A stretch of DNA of 64,000 bases from Octopus sinensis (lineage: Eukaryota), in NCBI RefSeq assembly GCF_006345805.1, contig NC_043006.1:78430001-78494000 (forward strand), written 5' to 3'. Made by a program: the position numbers and the translations under genes. Under the pieces are notes generated by a model. The model did not search any database. It saw nothing but the letters and a program-made list of their open reading frames with translations, and was not told the origin of the DNA. Each line of letters begins with the position of its first letter. The stretch's first letter is position 1. Shown one piece after another: positions 1 through 14,761 of the stretch.

Positions 1-43
1 AGAATACGTTTTCATACTTGTTACTAAAACTATATGAACACAA

Positions 44-202
44 GGAGTGGCTATGTGGTAAGTAGCTTGCTTACCAACCACATGGTTCCGGGTTCAGTCC
101 CAACGCGAGGCACCTTGAGCAAGTGTCTTCTACTATAACCTCGGGCCGATCAAAGCCTTGTGAGTGGATTTGGTAAACAGAAACCGAGAGAAGCCCGTCG
201 TA

Positions 203-266
<64 letters not shown>

Positions 267-531
267 TGAATTGAAGAAATGGAGCTGAACGAAGATTGAA
301 CAGAAATCGTTTTATTTCATTCTACACGTGTTTCGAAAGGCACAATTTTGCTACCAAGGTATCGGTTAAACTTTTGATTAATCTGCTACAAGATTATTCA
401 TCTTTCTATTTCACATAATACATATATATATATATATATATATGTTTGTGTATATGTTTGTGTATATATTTGTGTGTCTCTGTTTGTCCCCCCCCACACA
501 CACACACACATCGCTTGACGACCGATGTTGC
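44..531 (+). mobile_element. tRNA-derived SINE family 1, interrupted copy
   Basis: Head GGAGTGGCTATGTGGTAAGTAGC...GGTTCAGTCCC to 207, then (TA)n and an unrelated insert; body resumes at about 470-531. Confidence 0.75.
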
Positions 532-1589
532 TTAATGTCTTTTCAAAGCAAATAACGAAACATGATATTTGTTAATGTCGTAAGTAAACCAAGAATAGAT
601 TTGAAGCTATTTACTTTCAAACTTATTCATACTCGACTTCTTACCTTATTTTCTTTTATTTTCTGCTAAGTTCGGTTGATTCGTACCAATTTGAGTGATA
701 TAATCCTGCGATCCATCATCGTCATTTTCTTCCCATGCAATATTTTCAACTTCAGAGGAAACAGACTCTGAAGAATGTCGATATTTTAACGATATCCTGA
801 TCGGTTCTGTCGTCAAAGTTGTTCTTGACGTTAAATCAGGAAGTTGTGTGAGTTACAGATATATCACATATATAATAATCAGTTTTTCCTTTATCTGAAA
901 GGTTTGGTACTGAATGTTCTCTTAAAATTAAGATGCAGCGCCGTCAGACAGGCATAAACAGTTATATCATGTATTTTCGTTGTAACCAGAGGGTGTTTGC
1001 TTGCTATATCTTGCATCTTTGATGCGACGACAATAAAAGCTTTGGTGAGTTCGCTTGTTGACTTCTATCGATGACTTTCACGAAGAAATTAGAAGTATAG
1101 AATTTTAATTCAGTGTCTGACATCAACAGAGTCTGCACCGAGAAACGAGACTCGTACTGTAGATTCCAGATATTACTATAGATTTCAGATTAAATAGCGA
1201 CTCACGAGGGAGTTTAGTGTTGCCGATACTTGAATAGGAGTACAAAGGTTCATGAGGGCAACTTACAGTAAATATATATTTTAATGTATATCTTGGTGAA
1301 CACCGTAGAATAGAATACGATTAGCTATACCGTGAGCCGAGATATTTATAAAACTTTGATATCAAGCTGAACCTAATATTCCGTACAAATATTCCGTTAA
1401 TACTCATAAAAACGGAATCAAAAAGTATCAACATACCACAATCTCATCTCCCTCCCCTCTCTCTCTCTCTCTCTCTCTCCACAAACCTTGTAATTATACA
1501 AGCAATTGTTGATTAAGTTTTGTTTCGTATTCATTTCATACATATAATCTCTTAAAAGCGAAATAATTTCCTTGTTCTGTTACCTATTT

Positions 1590-1808
1590 CTTTACTACCC
1601 ACAAGGGACTAAACAGAAGGAACAAACAAGACAGAAAAACGGATGAAGTCGATTATATCGACCCCAGTGCGTAACTGGTACTTATTTAATCGACCCCGAA
1701 AGGATGAAAGGCAAAGTCGACCTCGGCGGAATTTGAACTCAGAACGTATCGGCAGACGAAATACCACTAAGCATTTCGCCCGTCGTGCTAACGTTTCTGC
1801 CAGCTCGC
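1590..1808 (-). mobile_element. SINE family 4 (core gaggtcgactttgcctttcatcctttcggggtcgat)
   Basis: Homologs at about 11545-11705, 19640-19875, 42940-43190, 50715-50950, 51790-52010 and 56212-56330. From memory the core resembles the Meta/MESC SINE domain; this needs a Repbase/Dfam check. Confidence 0.7.
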
Positions 1809-1860
1809 TGTCTTCGGTTATTCTGTTACAATAAAGAGGAAACCATGGCATAAGACTTAC

Positions 1861-2113
1861 CTTGTACAAAGCTATTCCATAGAAATCCGCTTGGGGATCT
1901 TTTACAATGATTCGTCTCGCACGTCCGTTGAATTGAATACATTCAATTGTATCTTGGCCATCGTCAACCCAGTAGATCTTGCTTTCTTTAGCATCAATGA
2001 CTAATCCACGTGGCCTTCGCATGTTATAATTGACAATAGTACGCCGGTTGTTGCCAATCAGATCTGACACTTCGATTTTAGGATTTGCACCCCAGTCACA
2101 CCAGAATAAGTAC
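1861..2113 (-). CDS. Internal exon of an LDL-receptor-related (LRP-like) YWTD beta-propeller protein
   Basis: Acceptor ...tttaaactaaag|G at 2113 and donor AAG|gtaagt at 1861/1860; 253 nt. Reads (G)YLFWCDWGANPKIEVSDLIGNNRRTIVNYNMRRPRGLVIDAKESKIYWVDDGQDTIECIQFNGRARRIIVKDPQADFYGIALYK, with two YWTD-type repeats (FWCD, YWVD). Its phase-2 start matches the phase-2 end of the 14311 exon (GG|G = Gly). Confidence 0.92.
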
Positions 2114-2210
2114 CTTTAGTTTAAACAAGAACAAAAGTATTAACCAATATTGCCAATCAACAAATAGCAAATAAATTATGCAAAATAAACAATTGATATT
2201 TAAAACAAAT

Positions 2211-2416
2211 ACATTGTTCAGTTCTATATTTAAGAGATGAGGAACTATGTACCTTATTTACATTATTTATATTTGACGGATATTTGTCCTCATCTTCTTT
2301 GTTAACACAACGTTTCGGCTTATATACCCTCCAGCATTCATCAGGTGTCTTGGGTAAATTTTGAACCCGGGTTCTCATTCCTAAGGTATTTTTTGTTGTT
2401 GTTGTTGTTGTTGTTG

Positions 2417-2463
<47 letters not shown>

Positions 2464-2524
2464 GTCATTGCCTAGAATCGAACTCGGAATCTTTGGGTTA
2501 GTAGTCCGCGCTCTTAACCACTAC
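2211..2524 (-). mobile_element. tRNA-head/(AAT)n/hammerhead-tail SINE-like element, copy A
   Basis: Head GTAGTGGTTAAGAGCGCGGACTACTAACCC...GAGTTCGATTC, then (AAT)n(AAC)n, then a tail homologous to 10845-11025 and 20040-20206. Confidence 0.8.
2304..2349 (-). ncRNA. Family A hammerhead, degenerate helix II
   Basis: GACAC CTGATGA A TGCTG gagggtatat AAGCC GAA ACGT T GTGTT. Core intact, two mismatches in helix II. Confidence 0.45.
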
Positions 2525-2760
2525 TAAAATTATATTCATAAATTTATATAGGATAGTAAAATTTTAGAAATTTCACTACCAGTGGCCTACCTGCTCCTTC
2601 TAGCATGTAAAGCTGCCTGTTAAGGGTCGCCTCTTTTGTGTTTAAATGTACGTTAATTTTAAATGGAAAATATGTTGTCTATTTTTATACATGCTAGGCC
2701 ACTGGTAGTGAAATTTCTAAAATTTTGCTATCCTGTATGAAATTATGAATATGATTTTAG
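2524..2760. mobile_element. MITE-like foldback with about 66-bp inverted arms
   Basis: Arms at 2524-2589 and 2695-2760; the internal segment recurs at about 3049-3160. Confidence 0.65.
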
Positions 2761-3175
2761 AAATTTCGGAAGTTAATTCGACATTTATCCTGTGCTGCCG
2801 ATTGAAACCGCGCTTGCGCGGTGAATTTGAAAGATTTTAATATATAATGATGAGACACGTGTTATTCTGTCTCTAAGTTATATGTTAGCTTTTCGGCGTA
2901 GCCACTGATAAGAACTTCGCCTAGCAAATAATTTTATTGGCTATTTAGATTCGAAATCTAGGTATGGCTGTAAAAAACAAGGTAATTTTTTTTAAATTTT
3001 TCATTCCCTTCGAAATTGCCTTAAAATGTGGTTTTGGCTATTTTGACTACTCCTTCTAGCATGTAAGGCTGTCTGTTAAGGGTCGCCTCTTTTGTGTTTA
3101 AATGTACACTAATTTTATACAGAAAATATGTTGTCTATTGACATTTTATATATGCTAGGTCATCCTATATTAATT

Positions 3176-3285
<110 letters not shown>

Positions 3286-4904
3286 TGTGTGTGTGTGTGA
3301 GTAAAAGAATACAAAAAGGGAACAAGAAAAAACAAAGACGGGTCATCCTGAATTTTCTTTCATCAGTCGAGTTCCAAATTTTCCTTGCAATTTCGGCTGG
3401 TTATACTCGAGATTGCTCCATTCTGGCCAACCCCAAGGAAAATTTAAGAACACTACATTCCTTGGAAGAAAGCAGCGAATGTATACGAAAACAAAGACGG
3501 AGAAAAACGGAGAAATGGTACACAAATACAAATGCAAATAACAGTACATTAACAACAGGTGTCTTTCGACTAAGGACGAAGTAAATTAAGCTGGCGTGAG
3601 TGGAAGCGAATCCTTACGGCAGGGACATAAGAGATGACAGGCATATACATGTGTATATATATTTATGTGTGTGTGTTTGTGTCTGTCTTTGTCCTCCCAC
3701 TATCACTTGAGGACCGATGTTGATGTGTTTACGTCCACGTAAATTAGCAGTTCGGCAAAAACAGTACTGGACTTACAAAGAATAAGTCCTGGGGTCGATT
3801 TCTTCGACTAAAAAAATCTTTAAGATGGTGCTCCAGCATGGCCACAGTCAAATGGTTGATATAAGTAAAATATAAAAAAAAAGGAATGGAGCTTTTAGTG
3901 GGTGAGTTCTGATTGTTAAAATATCGGTTATGTTCGTGCTGCTCCAATGGGACATATTCCTAACTAGAAATCAAAATTTATCAGAGAATTTGAAATACAA
4001 CTTACCTTCACTCTTCAGTATCCTATTATGTGATATATTACGCTAAGTTTTTAAGTGATAAACTATAGATTTTTGTATAGAATTCAGAGCTATCACAGAA
4101 AGTTACGACGTTTCGTATACGAACACGTCTCTGTAAAAAATGCGACCGTAGATAGTAAAAAACAGGTAATGGTTGCATATTAAAGCATGTGTTAAACAAT
4201 ATAAAAAAATTGAAAACTTAGGGCTTCAAGAACGCATATATTTCTAGGAATATAGAGTCAGACTGGTGCTGTAGCTATGAATTTCACCTCGGAGTCGCAT
4301 GGTTTGGGGTTCGGTTCAACCAGGTGACACTTTGAATAAGTGTCTTGGTCTGTGATGTATGTGTGTGTGCGTGTGTGTGTGTGTGTGTGTGTCCATGTGT
4401 GTGTGAATGTGTGTATATGTGCACTTGTGTTCGTGTCTCACAGCTTGACTAACAGATGTTACTTTGTTTCTGTCACCGTAATGATTTCGGAATACAAGAG
4501 TTTCTTTGAATAAGTTCCAAAGTTTGTAAAAAAAAGTATTGTGGATCGATTTGATAGATGGAAATCCTTACAAGCACTGTTCCAGTATGGGCGCAGCTCA
4601 ATGACTAATTTATTGATATCAACAATTTCTCTAATATTTACATAACTGAAATTGTTTTCAAGTCCCATATATGTATATATATATATGCATGTGTGTATGC
4701 ATGCGTGTATGTGTGTGGGTATGCATGTGTGTTTGTGTGCGCGTGCATGTATATATGTATATATATAAACATGTATACGCAAGGCTCGAAACGTTAAAGA
4801 CTTCTTCACTTCCCGAGCGTTATACTAATACATCTGTTTGTTGTCTACACCACCTGTCTTCCTCTTTTGCTTTTTTTGTGAATTCTCCCCCGATATATAT
4901 ATAT

Positions 4905-4991
<87 letters not shown>

Positions 4992-5098
4992 GCATATGTG
5001 TATGCGTATGTATATAAATTTACACATACGTATACGTATACATACATGCATACATACGAACATACACATGTATGTATATATACGTATGCACACATACA

Positions 5099-5142
<44 letters not shown>

Positions 5143-5576
5143 TGTATGTATGTAAGTAATATATGTATGTATGTATATATTAAACAAAGCCTAATATTGT
5201 CACCAGTTTTAATTGAACAAAACATTAAGTTGTCATTGATATTAAGACATAGTTTTACGCGCAAAATGATTCATTAGGATACTAAACTACCACGTAAAAA
5301 GTTGACAAAACGTGACAGCTCATGTCTCGTCATAGTTGCACCCTCCTTGACAATGACCAGCGAGGTTAACAATAAATATTATGAAGACAGCAATGAGATC
5401 ATGTTCGCCACTAAAGTCCTCAAGTGTGTTGTGTATATCTAAGGAGAAATTCCTTGGTTAAACTAACGAATCATGCGTTAAATATAGTATACTCAGATAC
5501 AAACTGTCTTTGGGGAAAGCAAGAGAAAATGACCAAAGAAGAACCATTGAACTAATGCATTAAATCCTTAAATCCT

Positions 5577-5955
5577 TAAAAATGTTTCAGCCCGAAAGCT
5601 GCGGCCATGCTGGAGCACCACCGTTGATTGTGCTACACTAGTATGTGAAACCACCTCTGATACGTGGCACTTGGTCAACAAGGGAGTTCGACGCCGCTGC
5701 CCACATCTGTGTTTCCTGCCGAGAGGTAGGCTCATCTGGAACCCCTGACAAGAAGACATCCAGATTAGTTTGAAAGAAAGCCACATCCACACCATGCAGG
5801 TCTCTCGGGCATTTAGGAAGGATATTGAAGAACTGTGGTCCCCTGAAACCCAAGCTGTTGCAGTATCTAGTCCTGTATTTTGATGGTGATGTTGGGATCT
5901 TTGGCACCATGCAGTGGCGCCCCGTTCTGCTGTTGGGGTAACTTTCAATGCCAAA
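5577..5955 (-). mobile_element. CR1-group LINE 3' fragment
   Basis: Near-identical to 16596-16960 (RYCNSLGFRGPQ...GVPDEPTSRQETQ). Confidence 0.8.
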
Positions 5956-7059
5956 AATAACAAAAATATCTAAGTAGTGATAAGCTTAATCCTAAAATTA
6001 AAAAGTACTAATCTTGTAACTACAGTTACCCGGGGTATTCCGTCATAAATCAAGCTGAAAACAAGACTGTCAGCTGTCTTTTGGGCAGATAACGTTTAAA
6101 CAAGGGAAGCAACCAAGCAGCTCATGTTCACCCATATACACGCATGCTGAAAATCGGCCAATTTCTCAAATCAACGCCGGCAAAAACATAATCTCCTTGG
6201 CGGGGGTAAAAAGAAATAACACAGCCATATGATAAAAAAAAACCCTTTAAAAACAGAAATACAAGCCTCGGACAAATTTTAAAGATGGGCAACGTTGATG
6301 GAATATTTTCCACATTATACAGATGATATGGATCTCACAGCGGCGGTGGAGGGAGCAAAGCCTGAGCTTTTTGAGTCAATCCCAATAGTCAAGGCTTGGC
6401 AGACCTCCTCCAAGCAGTTCATTTTAAGATAGATATGCGAGTAAAATTACTAATAGAGAAACGAAAATAAACTTTGGAAACAGCAACTCCACCATTGGTT
6501 ACGTGGAAACGAGGAACATGTTTACATGTTTTCAAGGGAGAAAATCAAAGAACGTAACATTGTAATACTTCATCTAAAGTAAATATAACAAATGAAAAAT
6601 CCTTCAAGAATCTATACGAATTCTCAGATCACTACCCAAATTTCATCATCTGTTCCTCGTGTCATTACCAACGTTTCCTGCAAGTTTCATGAAATACCCT
6701 TCACAACTTTTTGAGTTATTTTGCACTTGTAAGACTGCTTGTCTTACAATAAACACTTTCGTACGTACGTGCATACATACATACATACATACATACATAC
6801 ATACATACATACATACATACATACATACATACATACATACATACATACATACATACATACATACATACATACATACACACACACATACATACATATATAG
6901 AAAGAAAAATGTTAGTAACTGTAACTATTTAAAAAAAATCGAAAAGTAACCTTCTTCCCAACTCTATAAACAAAAACGAAAACGTGACTATAAGACCACC
7001 ACGTGGTTTCGCAGCGAGCGACATTCCAACAGATTCCATAGTACCTGCCAAGCAAACTA

Positions 7060-9800
7060 CATTACTGGCTCAAGTAACTGACCACAGCGCCCTACTACGA
7101 CTATGGTAAATAGCAGGCACAACCACAACGATTATTGTAGTAGACGTGGTAGTCAGGATTATATACCAGTGAAATGTACCCTTACTGAAATTTTCCGAGA
7201 AAAAATAACTTTGGCTTTGAAGGGCTCTCTCGAGGAGAGCGTATTCTCTACCAAAGTAAGTCAAAAAGCACCAGATACGGTATTAAAAGCTGTTAACGAA
7301 ATTGGTAATGAGTATTTCAACAGTGTGATGAACCCACATATTGGCAGATTAACATTTGTCTATATGCTCTGGCTACTACTGTAAAACAGAACATGAATGA
7401 TATTCAAAAAGTAAACAAAACTGAAATAACAAAGAAAGTACCATCATGGGTTTTGAAGACCGAGAAAAAGATAACTGGTTTACGAAAGACCATCAATCAG
7501 TAATGATGCTTATTGCATGCAAACAAGGAAACCGCTATACGTCCCACCAAAAGAAGGTATAGAAGAAGATAAAAATTATGCTTGGAGACAGCAAAAAGAT
7601 GACACTCACTTGCAAATTGGTTACCCTCCAGCAGGGGTAAAAGCTGTCAGTGAAAATCTCCGGCATCAAAAGAAAATAACCGAGCGAAGAACAATAAGCA
7701 AAAAATTTAACCGCAACCAGGCAGCAGTATACAGAGACATGAGAGGAGGAGCAATAAACATCACGGAAGCGACTTCGCGGAGAAGACATAGACTCTTTCT
7801 GGAGGTAAAATCTGGAGTGAAGAGAAGGAATTTAACCAAGATGCTCTGTGGCTGGAATAAATCCGAAAAAGTTATGGCTTCGTGTTACATCCAAGACATA
7901 CAACATTGATTGTGAAACTCTTGCATCTGTGATCTAGAAATTCCAGGATGGAAAAGCACCTGGAAGAGACTTGTTTGTTGGATATTGGTACAAGAAGCTA
8001 ACATTCTACCGACCATATCTTATCAATCTGTACCAGCAAGCTTTCATTGGGAACAGTAGCATACCACACTAGTTAGCTCTGGCAGAGACAAAATTGATCT
8101 CCAAATGCAGAACCACCCACATGGCAAAAACCTACCGGCCAGTTGCATGCCAGAACTTAATGTATAAGATATTTAACCCTCTTGCTCTAGGACCATTGTG
8201 AAACCAATAACATTATCACAGCAGAACAAGCGGCTGGGAAGAAGGGAGTCTGGGGAAGTACCGAGCAATTGTTGATCAACAAAACGGTGATGTCAGAAGT
8301 GCGAGAGCACATGAGGAACCTAGTTTCAATGTGGCTAGACTTCAAGAAAGCCTTTGACTCTGTTCCCCACTCATGTATGCCAGAAGCCATTCAACTTGCT
8401 ACAACAACTCTGATGTTGTTTATATTTTCTGTAAACCTTTTGTCATTCATATGAAGAAAGTTTGAAGGATATCTCACTGAATCACAAGGAAACAGAAATA
8501 CCAAAATTACAAACTGTTTCTTTGTGGATGACTTAAAACTTCATGCAACGAATATGCATCAGATATGAAAAAAAAGTCTTGACCTAGTTACAACATTCTC
8601 AAAGGATGTAGTGTTGGAGTTTGGTCAGGATAAATGTTGTTATGTGGTTGTGAAAAGGTGGAAAACTATAAACCAGACTAGTAACATCTCCATCAATGAT
8701 TTGACAGTTTCCCCTGTATCTGACGAAGAATGTTACAGGTATCTAGGGGTGGATGAAAATATGTCTTACAATGACACCAGTAACAAAACACATGTTACTT
8801 AAGAATATTACAGCCGAATAAAGAAAATAAAACAGAGCCTATATGAGCAGAAAACTATACATGAATATGTAAGTAGAAAGCTCCGTGATGATAGCAACAT
8901 CGATCATCATAGCAGTTTATCATAAACGAATAGCCGGATTACTACCTCCCACTTTGAAGGATATGCGTTTGTAATCCAGGAATAGGAAATATCAACCAAA
9001 TACCTGACGAACAAAAGGGACAGAGATGCTGAAAAACCGTAAAATGTGACAACCGGTGCAGACATTTGGAGTTCACACTGAAAATTATAAGCAGTTGTCC
9101 GAAAATATCATTACGGCTGATGAAATCTGTCAGAAGGATAATCCCGAGGGCAAAGAAATAAGAGCACACAATAATGGTAAACGCCATAGTCACTCATAAT
9201 AAAAAGGAATATGGTGGAATGTACCAGTGAAGATCTCAATAAAATGTAAGCACAATTGACCTGATATAACGATTTGGGATAGAGAAGAGAAACTGTGAAC
9301 AGTTGTGGAAATTAGCTGCCCAGTGGATGTTAACATAAAGATCAGTGAAAAAGCGAACACCTATGCTGAACTATTGAGAAATCTGGAGTTACTCTATCCA
9401 GATTACAAGTTCAGGTTTATACCAGTAATTATTGGAGCCCGGGGATATGTAACACACTGCCTAAATATCAATCTTGAGAAATTAGTTTTCACAATACTAG
9501 GAAGAAAAAAGCTAATTCAAAGACTACAGATCCAATCCATCATTGGAACTGTAAAAATCTGTAAAACTTGCTAGAAGTATATCATTTAAATATATGCGAT
9601 AATGTTTAGATATGCAACAATATGAGTGAGAATACATACATAAAGCAAAACATACAAATCTGCACATATACATGCATGCATACATACATACAAAACTACC
9701 CTGTTGTTGATGCTGAAATTCCAATGAAGGAGCTTTGGATCTAGGTTAGAAACCGGTTCTTTCTCTATTGGCAAGAAATCTTGAAATAAACTGAATGACA
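7060..9800 (+). mobile_element. Decayed R4/Dong-like non-LTR retrotransposon (RT plus restriction-like endonuclease)
   Basis: Frameshifted ORF pieces: GVWGSTEQLLINKTVMSEVREHMRNLVSMWLDFKKAFDSVPHS; FVDDLKL; YRYLGVDE; and C-terminal EISCPVDVNI...EKANTYAEL...FIPVIIGARG. Confidence 0.8.
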
Positions 9801-9851
9801 TACATACATTCATACGTTCATACATATCATCATCAATCATCATCATCATCG

Positions 9852-9906
<55 letters not shown>

Positions 9907-10043
9907 TATCATCTGCAACAACAATAGCCTCAGCAGCAGTAGCAGCAGCAGCGGTTACCCTTTGTTCTCAGCAATTTAAGCACCATGTAATCATCATATC
10001 TGTTTCATCTGCCATTCTTATATCCTTTATTTATCCTTTTATC

Positions 10044-10437
10044 CTTTTACTTGTTTCAGTCATGTGACTGCATCCATACTGGAGCACCGCCTTTAGTCGT
10101 ACAAATCGACCCTAGGACGTATTCTTCGTAAGCCTAGTACTTATTCATCCGGTTTCTTTTGCCCTACCGCTAAGTTACGGTGACGTAAACACAACAACAT
10201 CGGTTGTCAAGTGATGGTGGGTGGATAAACAGACAGACACACACACACACACAAACACACACATACATATATATATATATACGACAGGCTTCTTTCAGTT
10301 TCCGTCTACCAAATCCACTCACAAGGCTTTGGTCGGTCCGAGGCTATAGTAGAATGCACTTGCCCAAGGTGCCACGTAGTGGGACTGAACCCGGAGCAAT
10401 GTGGTTGGGAAGCAAGCTTCTTACCACACAGCAACAC
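10044..10437 (-). mobile_element. tRNA-derived SINE family 1, full copy
   Basis: Homologous over its full length to 11783-12183 and 24276-24663. Confidence 0.85.
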
Positions 10438-10569
10438 TGCACATATATATTCATTGTATTTTAACATTGTCCAGTTTTATTTACATTATTTACATTCGAT
10501 GGATATTTGCCATCTTGTTTGCTGTTAACACAACGTTTCGGCTGATATACCCTCCCGCCTTATATTAGA

Positions 10570-11025
<456 letters not shown>

Positions 11026-11159
11026 TATTGTCAGTTTTTCTAACATCCAACCACACTATTCAAATTTCTTTTTTATTTTCCTCTTCTCATTTATTCTGTT
11101 TTCTATTAACGCTCTCTGTAAAACATTATTTTTTTTCTGCTTACATGTTTAGCACTAGC

Positions 11160-11535
11160 GTTGTTCTGTGGTAGGAAGTTTGCTTCCGAACCACATAATT
11201 CTGGGCGCAGTTTCGCTGCATGACTCCTTGGGCAAATGTCTCCTGCAATAGCCTCAGGCCGACCAGTCTTGTAAGTGGATTTGGTAGACGGAAAATAAAA
11301 GAAATCTGTTGTGTGTGTGCGTGTGTGTGCGCGCTTTGGATTGTCTCCCACCAGCACTTTTGGCAGCCGGTGTTGGTGTGTTTACGTTCCCGTAACTTAG
11401 TGATTCAGCAAAGGAGACTATTAGAATAAATACCATGCATGAAAAAAAAATGCACAGGGGTCCATACGTTCAACGAAAATTCTTCAAGGCGGTGCCCCAG
11501 CATGGCAGCAGTCTAATGACTAAAGCAAGTAAAAA
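11160..11535 (+). mobile_element. tRNA-derived SINE family 1, diverged copy
   Basis: Shared blocks tgtggtaggaagtttgcttcc, ttgtaagtggatttggtagacggaaa and cagcatggcagcagtctaatgact. Confidence 0.75.
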
Positions 11536-11782
11536 GTAGCGTCTTTTAAAATATTCTCAGCTTTACGTTTTGAGTTCAAATTCCGCCGAGGTCGACTATG
11601 CCTTTCATCCTTTCAGGGTCGATAAATTAAGTACCATTTACGTACTGGGGTCGATCTAATCGACTGGCCCCCTTCCCAAAAATCTCTGGGTTTGTGCCAA
11701 GAGTAGAAATGATTATTCGTTCTGTGTTTTGTCATTACATTTTGAAAACTCTTCTCTATGCTCACAACTCAAAAGACTTTAC

Positions 11783-12183
11783 TCTTTTACTTGTTTCAGT
11801 CATTCGACTGCGGCCATGCTGGAGCACTGCCTTTAGTCGAGCAAATCGACCCCGGGACTTATTCTTTGTAAGCCCAGTACTTATTCATCGGTCTCTTTTG
11901 CCGAACCGCTAAGTGACGGGGACGTAAATACACCAGCATCGGTTGTCAAGCAATGGTAGGGGGACAAACACAGACACACAAACACATACACATACATATA
12001 CATATATATACATATATACGACAGGCTTCTTTCAGTTTCCGTCTACCAAATCCACTCACAAGGCATTGGTCGGCCCGGGGCTATAGCAGAAGACACTTGC
12101 CCAAGATGCCACGCAGTGGGACTGAACCCGGAACCATGTGGTTGGTCAGCAAGCTACTTACCACACAGCCACTCCTGCGCCTA
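11783..12183 (-). mobile_element. tRNA-derived SINE family 1, full copy
   Basis: Head, internal (CA)/(TA) tract and tail ...gactgaaacaagtaaaag all present. Confidence 0.85.
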
Positions 12184-14310
12184 TTACTCTTTATTTTATT
12201 TAATAATACTTTTGCTAATGTTTCAACCTCAGAGATAAAAATTAATAGCATAAGATTTTTAATATTCTCTTTCTGGTTGTAGTATTAATGATTTTAATGT
12301 TAGTATGACTGATATTGTGGAGGCGCAATGGCCCAGTGGTTAGGGCAGCGGACTCGCGGTCGGAGGATCGCGGTTTCAATTGCCAGAACGGGCGTTGTGT
12401 GTGTTTATTGAGCGAAAAAGTTCTGTAGGTTCCGGTGGGGGTGGTGGCGACCCCTGTTGTACTCTTTCACCACAACTTTCTCTCACACTCTCTCTTCCTG
12501 TTTCTTGAGTAACGCTGCGATGAATTGGCGCCTCGTCTAGCTGGGGGGAGGGACACATACGCCACAGAAACCGGGCCCATGAGCCTGGCTGAGCTTCAAA
12601 AGAGCGACGTTTTTTTATGCCTGATATTTTCTTAAATGAATTTCTTGCTATTTCAGTATCTGTCTTTAGATTAAATTTCTCATTCATATTCAGAAATGAT
12701 AAAGGATAAAGTTTGTTTTCGAGTCATAAAGACTCATAGGGCCGATTTATCGGTTTTCATGACGTATATATTCTCCACCTGCGCGGGACGCTGCTCTATC
12801 ACAGGATCACTCGTATTTGCCAGTTGAGTGGACTGGAAGAACGTGAAATGAAGTGTTTTGCTCAAGAATACAACGCGTCGCCCGGTTTAGGAATCGAAGC
12901 CACAATTTTACGATCATGAGTCCAACACCCTATCCACTAAGCCACGCACCTCCATCTTTCATATTACCCGTTTTCTAATTACTATGATGATTAAAAAGGA
13001 CGCCATTTTTAATGAAATTTTAGGTAGCTGTAAACTTTTTAAGTTTTGCCAACACGAAGGCGAAGAAGGAAGATTTATTTGGTTGCAAAAGTTCTTATCT
13101 TCTCATTAATAAAAAAAAGAAAGGAAAATGTTATGAAGAGACTGTCGTCATAATAGCGTGCGTGAGTTTCCTCACGGTTTCCTTACAAGACACTGCCGAA
13201 GGTGCGCTTTATGGGTCTCAGCCCCAGAGTATTTATTAATAGTATACTGTACTAATGTTGTTGTTCCTGTTGTTGTTGTGATAGTGGTAGTGGTAGAATT
13301 TGTGTTGCTAACGCTGGTGGTGGTGGTGGTGGTGGGGTAATGGTGGTACTTGTTGCCGTTTAGTCTTGAGCAGGTTTGTTTCAAAGTGTTCCAGCCATGA
13401 CCACACTGTCATTTTCCTTGATATATTATGCTTCAGATATCACACTATCCATTGTTTATGCACACGCACACACATACGCAGCTACACACACAAACACACG
13501 CTCATATATTATATACAGTTGCCACTGCAGGATACTTCCTTCATCAGCTGTCAACCATAAATCATAACGGTTTCAGCACCTACTGAAAGTATTGTTCGCT
13601 CCAGCAGTACGAAAGAGCACAGAAACTTCTATTATATATAACCACGACACCAAATCGGACACAACTGGAACCTCTCCAACCATGCAATAATTATTTATTT
13701 ATTTATTCTTAGCTTACTGACAATTTGTTTCGTTACTCTCTGGTTTATGACATATTCTTTTTGAGAATTCCTACTTCAATCTAGGAATAACTTATGTTTG
13801 ATGGCAGCGAGGTGGGGCACAGTGAATCTAGTTACTAACTCATGATACGTCACCTCTACTCGAAGCGCAGTAAATTGCCATCCTTATTCATCACACCCTA
13901 ATACCCACCCAAGTCAACGTCAGCTCAGCAATCAAGGTTTCATTCATCGAGTCAGACCATACCAGATATTCAAGGCATGGGGGAACTTTTAAATGTGCGC
14001 TTCTTTTAAATCCATCTGCATCTTCAATATACGTATGGTTAATTAAACAAACGGGAGTAGTAAACTATATACGAAGTAGAATTTTTAGTCATTCAAAATT
14101 AATGATCCGTCTATCACTAGTGTGCATTTTCCTTTGAACGGATCCTGTATATAAATTTCTTCATATATCACTATACTTACACATGCATATGCATGCATTC
14201 TCATTCATATATGTGTGTATGATTGTATGAACTTTTCATATACTGAATGCAGTATCTAGCGAATTTATAATCCGATGATCCTAAATCAGAAATAATTGAA
14301 AAATACTCAC

Positions 14311-14761
14311 CCTTTTTGTGGTAATACAGCAATCCCATGGGGCTTATCAAGTCCCACTTTAGTTACAATCTTGAATCGTTTTTGGTTCGGCCGCAGCGGC
14401 ACCATCATAATCCAGTTATATATAGCGTCAGTCCAATAGACATTGCCCGAAATCCAGTCGACAGCTAAGCCGTCAACTTCAGCAGATGTTCCAGTAAAGA
14501 TGTTATCTGTCTCTTTCTTATATCCATCGAGAACGAGACCCTGTATTCGTTTTAGTCCTGATTCACTCCAGTATAAGTACTTCGTCGAATAAGAGTATGC
14601 CAAACTCCGGAAGTGCCACATACGCGACGGAGCACTTATCTGCCTAACAGTCATTTTCTTGTCAAGGACCCATTTATCTGGGTCACCTTCAATACCAACT
14701 ATGGAAGCTCGGTCGTAATCTAAAGGTCGACCAGCCCATATTAGATTACGTCCATGACGAA
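14311..14761 (-). CDS. Internal exon of the same LRP-like gene; start of a YWTD beta-propeller
   Basis: Acceptor ttcattttatttctacag|TT at 14761 and donor AAAGG|gtgagt at 14311/14310; 451 nt, phase 1 to phase 2. Reads xRHGRNLIWAGRPLDYDRASIVGIEGDPDKWVLDKKMTVRQ...KYLYWSESGLKRI...VDGLAVDWISGNVYWTDAIYNWI...GLDKPHGIAVLPQKG. Joins the 2113 exon in frame across a 12,197-bp GT-AG intron. Confidence 0.93.

Noticed and set aside
750-830. Cluster of three short hairpins containing CTGAAGA
   Set aside because: No GAAA partner, and stems of 5-7 bp are expected by chance.
2157-2527. Poly-Ile/Thr/Leu ORFs, and the many YI/CV/HT-repeat ORFs in the track
   Set aside because: These are microsatellite translations.
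4780-4800. ggctcGAAACGTTaaag half-hammerhead
   Set aside because: The CUGANGA half is absent (replaced by microsatellite).
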